The notes: generated by a model from the letters alone, not told the origin. A DNA stretch of 64,000 nt from Octopus vulgaris (GCA_951406725.2 OX597833.1:65844001-65908000), one strand, 5' to 3'; positions 43,120-57,517 are shown, numbered from the stretch's first letter. Numbers and translations: made by a program.

Positions 43120-44530
43120 GTCAGTGGAGAGTAAGGGTAACGGTGGTGGTGGGGGTGGAGTATGGAGAGTAAAGAAGAGGAAGGGGAGAAGTTGGGGAGA
43201 GTAGGAAAGAGAAGAGATGAGGAATGAGTGGAGGACAGTAGGAAAGAGAAGAGATGAGGAATGAGTGGAGGACAGAGGGGAATAGAAAAGGTGAGAGGAA
43301 ATGCGAGAGAGAGACAGAGTGAGAGGAAGGGAGGAAGGGAGAGAGTGAAAGGGGTAAGAAAATGAGAATGTGAGGGTGGGTGAGAGGAAGATAGAAATAG
43401 AAACGGAGAGAAAGGAGATGAATAGAAAGGGAGAGAATAAGTGAGAGGAAGGTAGCGAGAAAGATGAGAAAGGAGAGAGAGAGAGAGATGAATAAGAAGG
43501 AGTATAAGCGAGAGGAAGAGAGAAAGATTAGAGAGGGCGGAAGAAGTAGGAGGGAGAGACAGGAGAAGGAAATGCAGTTAGGACGGAGAGAGAAAGAGGA
43601 AAGGCTAATGACAAGCAGAGAGAGAGAGAGAGAGAGAAGGAGGATGGATAAAGAAGGAAAAGAGAGAAGAGGACAAGAGAAGAAAAGGTCACTGATAGTG
43701 TGAGAGAGAGGAGAAGAATGAGTAAGACAGAGAGGAGAGTAGTAAGAATAGGAGAGAGAGAGAGAGGGAGAGAGGAACAATGAATGTGGAAGAGAAAACA
43801 GAGAGAGAGAGAGGGAGAGTGAAGGTTGGAAGGAGGAGAGGGGTAGAGGAGGGGAAGGAAGGGAAGGCGAGGGAGAGAGTGATTGGTGAATGAGTGAGTG
43901 AGTGAGTGAGTGAGTGAGTGAATGAGTGAGTGAGTGAGTGAGTGAGTGAGTGAGTGAGTGAGTGAGTGAGTGAGTGAATGAGTGAGTGACTGATTGAGTG
44001 AGTGAGTGAGTGAATGAGTGAATGAGTGAGGGAGTGAGTGAAGGAGTGACTCTGAGAGTGAAGTGTGAGAGCGTGAGTGAGTGTTTGAGAGAATGAGTGA
44101 ATAAATGAGTGAGTGAGTGAGTGAGTGAGAGTGAGAGAGAGGGGGGATTAGCGAGTCAGAGAGTGAGTGTGAGAGGGAATTAGTGAGAGAGAGAGTCAGT
44201 CGATGGGGAATGAGTGAGAGAGAAAAATTGAATCAGAGCGTGAGTGAGTGAGTGAGTGAGTGGGTAGAGTAAAGGAGAGACAAAGAAGTAAGAGAGAATA
44301 ATGGTTTTGAATAAGAAGAGAGAATGAGACTTAACGAATAATAGAGAAAGAAACTTAACGAATAAAAGAGAGAAAGAAGGAGAATGAGCGACAAGGAACG
44401 ATCTAAAGAGAGAGAAAAGGCTGTGTTTGGAGAGCATGAAAGAGAGAAAGAGAGAGAATTTGAGATGGAACCAGAGGAATGAAGAGTAAAATATGAAGAA
44501 GAAGCTGGAGAGAAACATAGAATTTGGACA
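43120..44530. repeat. purine-rich low-complexity tract with (GAGT)n core (~43885-44130)
   Basis: Plus strand strongly G/A-biased over ~1.4 kb. Confidence 0.9.
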
Positions 44531-44844
44531 AGGAGAAAAGGAGAGCGTAATGGGAAGAGCGTAGTTAGGGATGGATGTTCATCGGTGAAGGTCATCCCAA
44601 TAAAGGATGAGCCAAATGTTGTTGATGTTGTTAATAATGCTGCTAGTGATGCTGCAGTTGTTGTTGTTGTTGGTGGTGGTGGTGGTGGTGGTGGTGGTGG
44701 TGGTGGTGATGATGGTTGTGTTTAGCCCTAGGTCAGCTCTGCATGATCAAAGGCATGCCGGCCGTTATCATTACGTTTTGTATATTAAGCTAGGATTGAT
44801 ACGGAATAGAAGGTGTTCCCGTTGTTTTGTTAAGAAGGTAAGCA

Positions 44845-45260
44845 AGCGCGAGCGTGGCTACGTGGTAAGGAGTTTGCTTTCCAACCGCATGGTTCCAGGT
44901 TCAGTCCTTCCGCGTGGCACCTAGGGCCCAGTGTCTACTATTATAGCTTTGGAGCCCTCAGAATTATTGTGAATGCAATTTGGTTGAGGGGGGAACTGAA
45001 GCAAGCGCATCATATATATGTGTGTTGGGGGAGGGTATGTGTGTATATGTGTGTGTGTGTGTGTGGCTTTCTGTGTGTATGTGTGTATGTCTTTGTGCGT
45101 GTGTGTGTCATTGTGTGTGTTTGTATGTGTGTATGTCGTTGTGTGTGTATGTATGTGTGTATGTTTGTCTCCCTTTACTGCTTGACAGTTGGTGTTGGTG
45201 TTGGTGTGTTTACGTCCCCGTAACATCGCAATTGGGCAAAAAGACACCGACAGATTAAGT
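44845..45260 (+). mobile_element. SINE family B, diverged
   Basis: Head GTGGCTACGTGGTAAGGAGTTTGCTTTCCAACCGCATGGTTCC, core, TG tract and GGTGTGTTTACGTCCCCGTAAC. Confidence 0.75.
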
Positions 45261-45269
45261 GGGATTGGT

Positions 45270-45632
45270 TTATTATTTATCGACCCCGAAAAGGATGAAA
45301 GGCAAAGTCGACCTCGGCGGAATTTGAACTCAGAACGTAGCGGCAGACGAAATACCGCTAAGCATTTCGCCCGGCGTGCTAACGTTCCTTATTTCTTTAC
45401 TACCCACAAGGGGCTAAACACAGAGGGGACAAACAAGGACAGACAAACGGATTAAGTCGATTACATCGATCCCAGTGCGTAACTGGTACTTAATTTATTG
45501 ACCCCGAAAAGATGAAAGGCAAATGAAAGGCAAAGTCGACCTCGGCGGAATTTGAACTCAGAACGTAACGGCAGACGAAATACGGCTTCGCATTTCGCCC
45601 GGCGTGCTAACGGTTCTGCCAGCTTGCTGCCT
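45270..45632 (-). mobile_element. SINE family A dimer (junction at the A-box region)
   Basis: Minus-strand junction AAAGAAATAAGG-AACGTTAGCACG near 45385. Confidence 0.9.
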
Positions 45633-46676
45633 TTGGAAAAATATATATCTGCCATAGAAATGGCATCTAACTGAAAGATGGTAATTTAGTTAATGTAAAT
45701 ACACTGAGGAAGGGAACAGTAAGAATAGAAAAATATTTGTGCGGTTAAGTTAGTGTTCGTATCAAGCATCGAAATACAGAGAATGTTAAAAGGTTAATGA
45801 AAATAAAATAATGGAGCGGAACACAAAAGCGATGAGCTATCAGAACAGTTAAGACAGAACAAAAGGTTTGACAGAACTTTGTCCAGCTCTTTACGTTCCA
45901 ACGTCGACTTTTCCGTTCATTCTTTCGGGGGGTCGAGAGCTGAACCGCAGAATGTCTTCAGCGAAGAAACCACCTCACCCTTGCCTCAGGCGGGTCTTCT
46001 AACCCTAACTTCTTACACTCTAAGGGACCCGTGTCATACACAGATCATAACTACTGGATGTTCTTCCGCTGATACATTTTAGCCACTTAAATATCGGAGG
46101 ACTATGTTGTGGGATACAAAAAACAATATCAGTGGTCGATTAACAATATAATTTCCATTTGTTTCACATAGTAGGGGAGATCACTCCAGCCACTCTCCCT
46201 TTTATTATAACCTCTTCAGCAATGAATACATTTGACTGTATTTGCTAAAGTAATGCTGAGAGAATTACTAACAAGCAGTACCGAATTCTAAACAGATTGA
46301 TTTAGAAAACTAGAATTGTTTGGAAAAAGCATATATAAAACTCAGAGACTGCGTCCATACGAAAGATAATAATTTAGTTACTGTTAACACATTTAAGGCA
46401 AGGTACAGTAGAGAGAAAAATAAATAAATAAATACATAAAAGAGTTAACTAGATATAATTATGTGGTGAGAAAAATGGAAAAGAAGTCAGGTAAGTTGAT
46501 AGAATATTGGAAAACTGAGAGATCGGGTTTAGGAAAAAAAAAAAAAGACAGGAAGCAAAATAGCTCAAAGCAACATCTTTGTGACATAACACCTACGAGT
46601 AATTTATTAACAGACAGAGTCTGTGTGTGTGTGCGTATCGGCCCTCTACTGTGTGTGCGGCTACGGTAGTGTGTGA

Positions 46677-46721
<45 letters not shown>

Positions 46722-46797
46722 TATAGTGAATTACTTTCCCATCACAGTTACACACACACACGTGTGTGTATATATATGTATATGTATATATATATAT

Positions 46798-46832
<35 letters not shown>

Positions 46833-46976
46833 ATATATAATATATATAAAATATATATATTATGGATATATATATATATATATATATTTATTTACATATG
46901 TATGTTTGTATGTATATCTATATATAATCAACATTTTCACGAATGCTATATATATATATATATATACATACATATA

Positions 46977-47122
<146 letters not shown>

Positions 47123-47509
47123 TACATATATATAGGTTTATATGTGCGCATGTATATATATGTGTGGATGTGTGTGTTATGTGCATATGCATATATATAG
47201 AGAGAGAGAGAGCAGTGTATGTATTTGTGTGTGCGTGTGCGTGTGTGTATTTGTGTGTGTGTGTGTGTGAGTGTGTGTGTGTTTGCGTGTGTGTGTGTGC
47301 ATCTATGAAGAATTTCCAGTTTCCATGGCTACACACCAGCATCACAGTGTCCCCCCATTGAAAATCTCTTTCAATTAACCTACTGGTTTCTGTCAACTCA
47401 ATAAACATCAAATACAGCCAAAACTGTTGAAGAATTCAGTGAAATGTTGCCAAACTTTCCATCCTTGAAATATGGTGACACTCCGACATATATGTTGGTG
47501 AGGAAGAGG

Positions 47510-48290
47510 ATAGTGGTGATGGTGGTGGTGGTGGTAGTTATTTGTGGTGGTGATGGTTGTTTGTGGTTGTGGTGGCGATGGTAGTTGCAATGGTCGTGGT
47601 GGGGGGCGGTGGTGGTGGTGGTGGTGGTATTAGTGCTGGTGTTGGTGGCGGTGATGGTGGTGGTGGTGTTGGTGGCAGTATTAGTTGTGTTGATGGTAGT
47701 GGTGGTTGTGGCAGTGAGGGTGGAGACGGTAATGTTGGAGGTGATGGTGGTGGCGGTAGTTGTTTGTGGTGGTGATGGTTGTTTGTGGTTGTGGTGGCGA
47801 TGGTAGTTGCGATGGTCGTGGTGGGGGCGGTGGTGGGGGCGGCGGGGGCGGCGGTGGTGGTGTTGGTGATCGTGATGGTGATGGTAATGGTGATGGTGGC
47901 GGTAGTGGTGGTGGTATTAGTGCTGGTGTTGGTGGTGGTGATGGTGGTGGTGGCTGTAGCAGTGATAGTGGTGGTGGTGAAGGTGATAGTGGCTGCGGAA
48001 GTGGTGTTGTTTGTGGTGGTCGTGGTGGTGGTATTGGTGATTGCGTTGGTGGTGGTGGTTGTGGCAGTGATGGTTGTGGTGGTGGTGGTGGCTGTGGCAG
48101 TAATGGTGCTGGTGGTACTGATATTGATGATGTTGTGGTGGTGGTGGTGGTGTTGGTTGCAGTGGGATGAAGTTGGTCGCCATCGTCGTGATGGTGATGA
48201 TGATGACGATGATGGTGGTGGTAGTGTGATGATGATAATGACAATAATGATGATGAGGATAGTGATGACAGCGGTGAAGGTCATCGTCAA
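47510..48290. repeat. degenerate (GGT)n tract with ~70-bp duplication
   Basis: TTTGTGGTGGTGATGGTTGTTTGTGGTTGTGGTGGCGATGGTAGTTGC at ~47541 and ~47763. Confidence 0.9.
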
Positions 48291-48295
48291 CATGG

Positions 48296-48363
48296 AAGGG
48301 AATCGAAACCGCGATCTTAAGACCGCGAGTCTGCTGTCCTAACCACTGGGCCATCGCGCCTCT
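48296..48363 (-). mobile_element. SINE family C tRNA-like head only
   Basis: Reverse complement GAGGCGCGATGGCCCAGTGGTTAGGACAGCAGACTCGCGGTC...GGTTTCGATTCCC matches 27837-27900. Confidence 0.75.
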
Positions 48364-48397
48364 ATATAGAGTGCATAGTTCTGAGATCAAACAGTAT

Positions 48398-48715
48398 CTC
48401 GAAGTCGAGCTGCTACATATTCGCATGCAGAGATAACTGCTTAGGCGCTCTAGGTGTATGATTAGAAAATCGTAGGGAAGAATCGCGAGACGGATTCTTC
48501 AAGCCCAGCCAACTGGCAGAAGACCTCGGGATGAACCAAGGACCTGATGATTGGATAATATCCGCAGTACTCTGTTGGTCGCGCTTGGGAAACCAGGAGC
48601 AATGTGCAATAACGGTTGCTTCTGAGAGGGCATTGTGGGGGAGGTGCCTGAGGACGCTACCCCCAACATCTTCCCAGGAATAATAGGCGGAGATGGATGG
48701 ATCAATGGATGGATG
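48398..48715 (+). mobile_element. 3' end of RTE-clade LINE (Rex3/Expander-like) with (GATG)n tail
   Basis: LEVELLHIRMQR*...ILQAQPTGRRPRDEPRT**LDNI / WSRLG...VASERALWGRCLRTLPP...* followed by GATGGATGG; stops and one frameshift. Confidence 0.75.
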
Positions 48716-48751
48716 CATGCATGCATGCATACATGTGGATACATGGATAGA

Positions 48752-49169
48752 GGCGGCGAGCTGGCAGAAACGTTAGCACGCCGGGCGAAATGCGTAGCCG
48801 TATTTCGCCTGCCGTTACGTTCTGAGTTCAAATTCCGCCGAGGCCGACTTTGCCTTTCATCCTTTTGGGTCGATAAATTAAGTACCAGTTACGCACTGGG
48901 GGTCGATGTAATCGACTTAATCTGTTTGTCTGTCCTTGTTTGTCCTCTCTGTGTTTAGCCCCTTGTGGGTAGTAAAGAAATAGATATTTCGTCTGCCGTT
49001 ACGTTCTGAGTTCAAATTCCGCCGAGGTCGACTTTGCTTTTCATTCGTTTGGGGTCGATAAATTAAGTACCAGTTACGCACTGGGGTCGATGTAATCGAC
49101 TTAATCCGTTTGTCTATCCTTGTTTGTTCTCTCTGTGTTTAGCCCCTTGTGGGTAGCAAAGAAATAGGT
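48752..49169 (+). mobile_element. SINE family A dimer
   Basis: Head plus two units; junction AAAGAAATAGA-TATTTCGTCTG near 48983. Confidence 0.92.
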
Positions 49170-49759
49170 ATACATGTATATGCGTGGAAATGACAGAGAA
49201 GACAGCCTTCAGGTTTATCTCTAAGACACCCCCAGCTCCCAGAAAACGGCTAAATTTAAATCTGTTTCGGCAATTTAAATAAGGCCTCTCCGAGATTCCC
49301 CCATTCTTGATTCACATCCAGTTGCTATAGATGTCCTTTCTTGAGAATCTCTGCTATATCGTGCTGCTACACATTTCTTAAATACATTTCATCGTATGTA
49401 TTTAAGCTTATTTGATATTTATTAAGCATTTGACTAAATTTTCACTTTCTAAAACATTAAAACAAACTTTAAAGTGAAAAAAAAGAAGTGTTTCGTTTAT
49501 ATTCTTTCCTTTTCCGAGATTGTAAATATTTGAATTTATAAAGAAACATACTTTTCTATATCTTAAATATTTTTATTTTATTCTATTTTTCCTTGTAATT
49601 TTTATCAAAACAATGCAATAAAATTAATATATGTATTTGCTGTCACTATTAACAGCAATCTTACACAGGAACACACGAACACAGAAACACACATACATAC
49701 ACACACAAGTTAATATATGCATATATTTACATATATTAGTGTGTGTCGTTTTGCAAGTG

Positions 49760-49975
49760 TATGGATGTCTTTTCTGTATTTAACCATTTAAAATCTTCCT
49801 CTAAAGAAAGAGATGGTTTCTAACAAAGATACAGAGCTCCATCTTTGGAATGTAGATAACGAAAACGATGTCGTATTTTAAACTTAAGAAAAGTCTTGCA
49901 TATGTTTACAGTTCCGCATATTTATATTGTAAAGTGCGAATCAGTTGATTTATTTTTATGAAAATTCAAGCTTTC
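49760..49975 (-). mobile_element. family E RLE-type LINE 3' end
   Basis: Minus strand GTVNICKTFLKF followed by UTR TTCCAAAGATGGAGCTC...GTTAGAAACC...GACATCCATAC. Confidence 0.6.
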
Positions 49976-50093
49976 ATATGTACGTATGTATGTATGTATG
50001 TATGTATGTATGTATGTGTGTATGTATGTATGTATGTATGTATGTATGTATGTATGTATGTATGTATGTATGTATGTCTATCTCTTCTATTAA

Positions 50094-50135
50094 TTAATTA
50101 CTATAAATTTTCAGTGGAAAATTTATAGTAATTAA
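50094..50135. repeat. perfect 19-bp inverted repeat with 4-nt loop
   Basis: TTAATTACTATAAATTTTC-AGTG-GAAAATTTATAGTAATTAA. Confidence 0.9.
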
Positions 50136-50139
50136 ATAA

Positions 50140-50303
50140 GAGACACGGCTCCATCTTTGGGATGTAGTTAACATAGACAAATTCACATTTGGAACTTGAG
50201 AAAAGTCTTGCATATTTTCACTGTTCCATTCACACATTGCCTTTATATTGTACGAATCAGCCTGTCAATTTCTCCTTCTGAAAATCGCAGTTTATCCAGA
50301 TTC
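50140..50303 (-). mobile_element. family E RLE-type LINE 3' end
   Basis: Minus strand NLDKLRFSEGEIDRLIRTI*RQCVNGTVKICKTFLKFQM*. Confidence 0.62.
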
Positions 50304-50450
50304 TTCTTTTTTCTTTAATTTTAAAAAAGAGATATATGTATGTATGTATCTTTATATGTAGGCATGTATTTATGAGTGTACGTACGAATGCATGTTTTTA
50401 TGTATATGTATATGTATGTGTGTATATATGTTTGTATGTATGTATGTATG

Positions 50451-50481
<31 letters not shown>

Positions 50482-50904
50482 GTATGTATGTATGTAAGTA
50501 TGTATGTATGTATGTATGTATGTATGTATGTATGTATGTATGTATGTATGTATGTATGTATGCATGTATGTATGTGTGTATGTATGTATGTATGTGTGAA
50601 GAGTGAAGAAAAGGAAATATTCAATTCTATTCTTGAGTTTCATATATTTCACAGGAAGCTAAAAGTTTCACACTTCGATATTCTTTGATTCCCGTTTCAG
50701 GTTTTTTTACGATGGGTGAGAAATATGTAGAACATCTGGTAGGAACTTTAAAACGAGATGAAAGGGAAATTTCAATCTTAAAATGAATTTTCATCGGAAA
50801 AAAATCTAAATTGTCAGATTCACACAACTGGTTGTGTGCATCGACAAACACACATATATGAAAAGTAATAATGCACACGCACACACAAACACACACACAC
50901 ACAG

Positions 50905-51065
50905 ATTCGACACGCTTTCTTCAGTTTTTGTCTCCCAAATTCTCTAACGGGGCTTTGGTCGGCCCGAGGCTATTATAGAAGATACTTACGCTAAAAGTGC
51001 TATGCAGTGGGACTGAAACCGGAACCATATGGTTAGTAAGCAAGATTCTCACCACATAGTCAAGC
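50905..51065 (-). mobile_element. SINE family B 5' portion
   Basis: GGCTTTGGTCGGCCCGAGGCTAT...CAGTGGGACTGAAACCGGAACCATATGGTT. Confidence 0.8.
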
Positions 51066-51720
51066 GTATGGTCTGAAATATGTTCGTGTTATTATATTCC
51101 TCGGAGAAAAACACAATTTTTGAGGAATATATCTTGTTGTTTTATCATAGAATATGAGGAAAATGAATTATATTATATTTTCAGACAAAGTGATTCAATG
51201 ACCATACATTGCAATGTTTCGGGGGAGATTCTGCTCCTATTTCTAGACATGGAGGGTCTTTTATTTTAGGGAAATAGCGACTTAAATGCGTTTAAAACTA
51301 TATTTACACAGATCTTGTCGTACAGCCCGCTGGAGACGATGTCTCCAAGGGATAAATTACAGCAACATTAGTCCTAAACCAGGACTGCCATGTTATGTTG
51401 GCAAGCAGTCTTTACTACAAAGTACTGTTGCTGAATATCTCTCGTTGCGAGATTTAGAAATAGTAATTTTCTAATATCTACACAGATAGGGAAACAGCAA
51501 CTCGGATTGCTGTAATTCGATTACAGCGACCCCAGATTTCAACTGGTACACATTTTATCGACCCCGAAAGGGACATGTCGATACAGAACATAAGTACCTC
51601 AGAATATCTTTTGACTTTGTTAGGGACCAGCTTGATCGTCATTTAAAAACCTTCATATATATATATATATATGTGTGTGTGTATATGTGTGTATGTGTGT
51701 TTGTGTGTGTGTGTGTGTGT

Positions 51721-51759
<39 letters not shown>

Positions 51760-51762
<3 letters not shown>

Positions 51763-52125
51763 TTGTACTCTAGGCACAAAGCTTGAAATTTGTGGGGGAG
51801 GGCAGTCGATTAGTTCGACCCCAGTATGCAACTGGTGCTGACTTTATCAACCCCGAAAGGATGAAAGACAGACTCAACCTCGGCGGAATTTGAACTCAGA
51901 ACATAAAGACAGACGAAATACCTATTTCTTTACTACCCACAAGGACAGACAAACGGATTAAGTCGATTATATCGACCCCAGTGCGTAACTGGTACTTATT
52001 TAATCGACCCCGAAAGGATGAAAGGCAAAGTTGACCTCGGCGGTATTTGAACTCAGAACGTAAAGACAGACGAAATACTGCTAAGCATCTCTCCCGGCGT
52101 GCTAAAGTTTCTGCCAGCTCGCCGC
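51760..52125 (-). mobile_element. SINE family A dimer
   Basis: Junction GACGAAATACCTATTTCTTT at ~51912-51931. Confidence 0.88.
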
Positions 52126-52817
52126 ATTAATATTTATATATATATAAGAGACTGTGCTGAAACCTTCCTGGGTTTGGGTAAAGCCAGGAGAATCAGTTAA
52201 TTATAATTTCACTCAACATATTCCCCTCTAGGATTTGCACACTTATTATTCGCACAGATTCGCACGGTCTTTCAGTTTTTTTGCAAGCCCTGTAAAAGAA
52301 CTGGAAATGTTGTGCGTCCACCAAAGGCCTTTTGCAGTACCCTTAAAATCAGGAACTTTTCAGCACCCTTTCGTACGAATCCATGAAGCCAAGTATAAGA
52401 AATCGTATCCACTCATTTTTAAGAGGTAGCTATCTTCTCATTTGTGAGTCATGTGTTTTGTTTACCCCATTGTTTGTGTTTTGTGTAAACCATTCTGTGA
52501 AACGCATGACTCAACTCGTAATAAAAACGGTTGGGGTTTTGTTCTGTTGTTTCAGATATATAAATAAACACAAATTGCTAGATTTAGATAAATACAAACA
52601 ACCTTTTATAATTATCCTCCTAGATATGGCTGTTACATAAATATTTACTTAGATATTTGTATCCGTCAGATTTTACGGATAAAAAATAATCTAATCTGAT
52701 GTTAGGTTCAAAAAACAACGAAATATTTATACAAATACAAAAAACAAAAAAATATTGCGAAAATCCAGTGTTTAATTAACAAACATATAAATGTATAAAC
52801 ATGTATGTATATGTATG

Positions 52818-52896
<79 letters not shown>

Positions 52897-52921
52897 ATAT
52901 GTATGTATGTATGAATGTATG

Positions 52922-52980
<59 letters not shown>

Positions 52981-53025
52981 TTATATACATATATATATAT
53001 ATATGTATGTAAATATATATATATG

Positions 53026-53063
<38 letters not shown>

Positions 53064-53394
53064 TATATGTATATATATAATATAGGTGTGTATGCATGTG
53101 TGTAATATATATATGTGTATATATATATGTGATTGTGTGTAATTATATATATATATGTATGTATATATATATATATATATACACATACATAAATACATAT
53201 ACATGCACGCGTACACGTGCACACACGCATGCGCGCACACAGACACACATGCACGCACGCACACATACGCACATACACACACATGCTCGCACACATACAC
53301 AAACATGTATGTGTGTGTGTGTATTCTGAAGTTTTCCAACGATCAAATGTTTGCTTTATCCAAATATCCAACTATCAATATCCAAGATATTTTC

Positions 53395-53435
<41 letters not shown>

Positions 53436-53807
53436 TTCTCTCTATCCCTCTCTCTCTGTTTCTGTCTCCAACTCTCCCATTCTCTCTCACCATCTCTTTT
53501 CCCTACCTCTCTCCCTCCCTCCTTTCACTTAGATTTCCTATCTACCAAACAAGATGGCCGTTTAATTACAGTAAACCATGCATCAACGACATTACACAAG
53601 ACCAGCGCCAATCAGTTTTTCGCCCTCGGTCATGGACCCTCGAGCATAAACCCTTTATTCTCTGCCTTCTGAGATTATACTTTGTAATTTTCTGTAATTC
53701 TGTTATTTAGTATAAATGAATTGAAAGCGAGAAAAATAATTTGAATTGTAAAATAGATCTGAATGCACTGTCTGTTTAATGTAATCAGACTTGTTGAGTC
53801 TTTAGTA

Positions 53808-54098
<291 letters not shown>

Positions 54099-54101
54099 GT
54101 A

Positions 54102-54715
54102 AGGCGGCGAGCTGGCAGAAACGTTAGCACACCGGGCGAGATGCCTAGCGGTATTTCGTGTGCCGTAACGTTCTGAGTTCAAATTCCGCCGAGGTCGACT
54201 TTGCCTTTCATCCTTTTGGGGTCGATTAAATAAGTACCAGTTGCGCACTGGAGTCGATATAATCGACTTAATCCGTTTGTCTGTCCTTGTTTGTCCCCTC
54301 TGTGTTTAGCCCCTTGTGGGTAGTAAAGAAATAGGTATTTCGTCTGCCGTAACGTTATGAGTTCAAATTCCGCCGAGGTCGACTTTGCCTTTCATCCTTT
54401 CGGGGTCGATTAAATAAGTACCAGTTACGCACTGGGGTCGATCTAATCGACTTAATACCTTTGTCTGTCCTTGTTTGACCCCTCTATGTGCAGCCTCCTC
54501 TGGGGAATATAGAAATAAGAATCGTTAGCACGGCGGGCGGAACGCTTAGAGGTGTTTCGTCCGCCTTTACGTTCTGAGTTCAAATTCCGCCAATCTCGAC
54601 TTTGCCTTTCATCCTTTCAGAGTCGATAATAGAAGCACCAGTTGAGAAGTAGCTCAATGTAATTGACTTAACCCCTTCCCTGATATTGATGGACATGTAC
54701 CAAAATTTGAAACCA
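54102..54715 (+). mobile_element. SINE family A multimer (three units, two junction types)
   Basis: Junctions GAAATAGG-TATTTCG (~54335) and GAAATAAGA-ATCGTTAGCAC (~54520). Confidence 0.9.
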
Positions 54716-54730
54716 TTATTATTATTATTA

Positions 54731-54790
<60 letters not shown>

Positions 54791-54791
<1 letters not shown>

Positions 54792-55279
54792 TGAGTGCGA
54801 GAGCAGTGCATATCATCAAAGTAATACATGGACAGAAATATACGAAGCACAGTATACCCGTCATGACTTACCCGTCTGATAACGGTACACCAGGCACATA
54901 CATCACAACTATGTGTGCACGACATGGCGATCTCATATCAATATAAACAGCGCGTGACCTTGCAGGTGGGGCCCAGTTAGAATTTTCTTCTGGTCGAGTA
55001 GCTCATTCCGCTCAAAAGGTCATTGAATAAGATTTGTTTAAGGATCTTGAACGAAACACCCTTGTTTCCAGAGGTGAAAAGAATTCCTCTCAACACATGG
55101 CTATGATGCTCCTCCACTACTTCTGCTCGTGATCAGAGATGCACATATCGTCAGCCACAAAGGGACATGCTCAACTGGTTAAGGTCAAACAACTGACGAA
55201 CAAATCTGTGGTATTGAGCAGAATATTTGCTGTAGCCCAGCTTTTATACCAAGACAAAACATAACACTTCCTATCAGTT
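54791..55279. mobile_element. Interspersed repeat family D embedded in (ATT)n
   Basis: (ATT)n on both sides; right half matches 28399-28670. Confidence 0.85.
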
Positions 55280-55290
55280 ATTACTACAAC

Positions 55291-55361
<71 letters not shown>

Positions 55362-56538
55362 GTTTGACTGTCCTTCTTCCTCTGATTACGCGATATTTAA
55401 CCAATGAAAAATAACGGAACCAAATAAAATATCGTTATAGAGTTAAACCTCAAATAACTAATGATATTCTGCATTTTAAAAGAATAATATGCATAATAAA
55501 AACAGTAAAAGAAATTATGTTATGATAAAGAAAATCTATGAGACGTTTCGCGTAAAATCCTTCATCAAATAGAACGATTTCTAGCTGGTTTTGTAAGATA
55601 AATAAATTCAGATTTTTCTGAGAGCAAAATTTTTATTCCAGTTTTTGGACGAACGAAATATCTATGGCTCTACTCAGTTTACAAATTCACTCTACAAATT
55701 CTGCTATTTCAGCTTTCTTCATCGATAACAATAAAATTCCTGCTATGGAATCGGATCAGAACTATTGTCAACAATGGTACTTAGAACTTAAAGAAGTTGG
55801 AGGCTACATTTTCTAAATTATTTAGAACATCATTCTATCATTTCTTCAAAATACTGGAGGCATTTTATGATAAGTCGGGTTTATCATAGGTCAGGGGTAA
55901 GCTGGAACTAATCAACACCAACAGTCATATCTCCCACATAACACACTGTGGCATCCGTCTAAGAAGATAGTAGTCTTGGATATATAATGTCTGAAAATAC
56001 GATGGAATGGTCATCATTGGCGCGTCTTTCAATCAGATATTGAAGAGCTAAACACCAACAAAAACAAGAATTCTTCAATTCGTATTTTATGCCTCATTTT
56101 TTATTATTATTATTTGTTTCAGAATACATCTTTCTCTTTTACGTGTTAGCCACGGCTGGAAAGCCTTTTAGTACAGCTCCGCTCAATCAGGAATGAAACG
56201 AGGCTAAACAACAACAACAAAAACTACAAAAACAATAGAAGAATGCCTTCCACAAATCACAGTATGATTTCCGAGAAAAAGAAGAAGAACGCTCATGAGA
56301 GTATAGACCCAGGAAGATTTGTTAGAAAATAAAATGGAGCGGTCAATAATGAAGCACCTTTCAATCAAACTTTGAGGAACTCGGCACCAACGGAAAGAGT
56401 AGTTTTGTTTTTGGTTCCTTTTATTTTTTCCAGTAAAATTCTTTCATTAATTTCGTAAACAATTAATATGATCCAATCGCGATCGAAGAGAAGAGAGAGA
56501 AGAGGAAAGAGAAAGAAAGAGATATAAAAAGTGGGAAA

Positions 56539-56808
<270 letters not shown>

Positions 56809-57517
56809 GAGAGAGAGAGAGAGGAGATAAAGACAGACATGGAAAAGGCGAATACAGAGTGAGAGAGAGAGAGAGAGACTGACAAAGTGAGATAAAGGAA
56901 ATACAAAACCACAATTAGAAAGAGAGAGGATGAGACACAGACAGACAGACAAACTGACAGACAGAAAGACGGACAAACAGACAGGCAGACATATAAAGAC
57001 GGACAAAGACCGAGAAAAGAGACACCCGACAATGGGACTCAGAAACAGAGACAGAGAGACAGAGAGAAAATTCACAAAAAATCACCGAATAATATGATTT
57101 CCTGTACACATAACTGAGATATTTTGGACGACAGAGCATCCTAGGGCTAAATAGAGACAAGGTTTGGTCGCCTTAAACGTTACATCAATCCAATATGGAA
57201 GAGTTTCTGGGGAAAAGTCGCCGCAACATTCAATTTTCCTTAACACGTTTCTGATGATTTCGAATTACGTTCAAACGTTCCGTTAAGAATTCCCCACAGG
57301 TATATATATATATTTCTTTCTAACATAAACTTATTGTAGATATTTCGGTACAGGTATTGCTTTATTACTAAATAATGATAATGGGAATAAGCAGATAATC
57401 CCCAGAAGTGTGTATACACAAGTACAAGACCCATAAAGACGTATACACACAAATACGCACGCATGTACGTATATATATATATATATATATACACATAGAA
57501 GAAATGAGGTACTCATT

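Noticed and set aside
47538-48293. Mucin- or extensin-like Thr/Pro-rich ORF
   Set aside because: Derived from degenerate (ACC)n, open in several frames on both strands, and bounded by a SINE.
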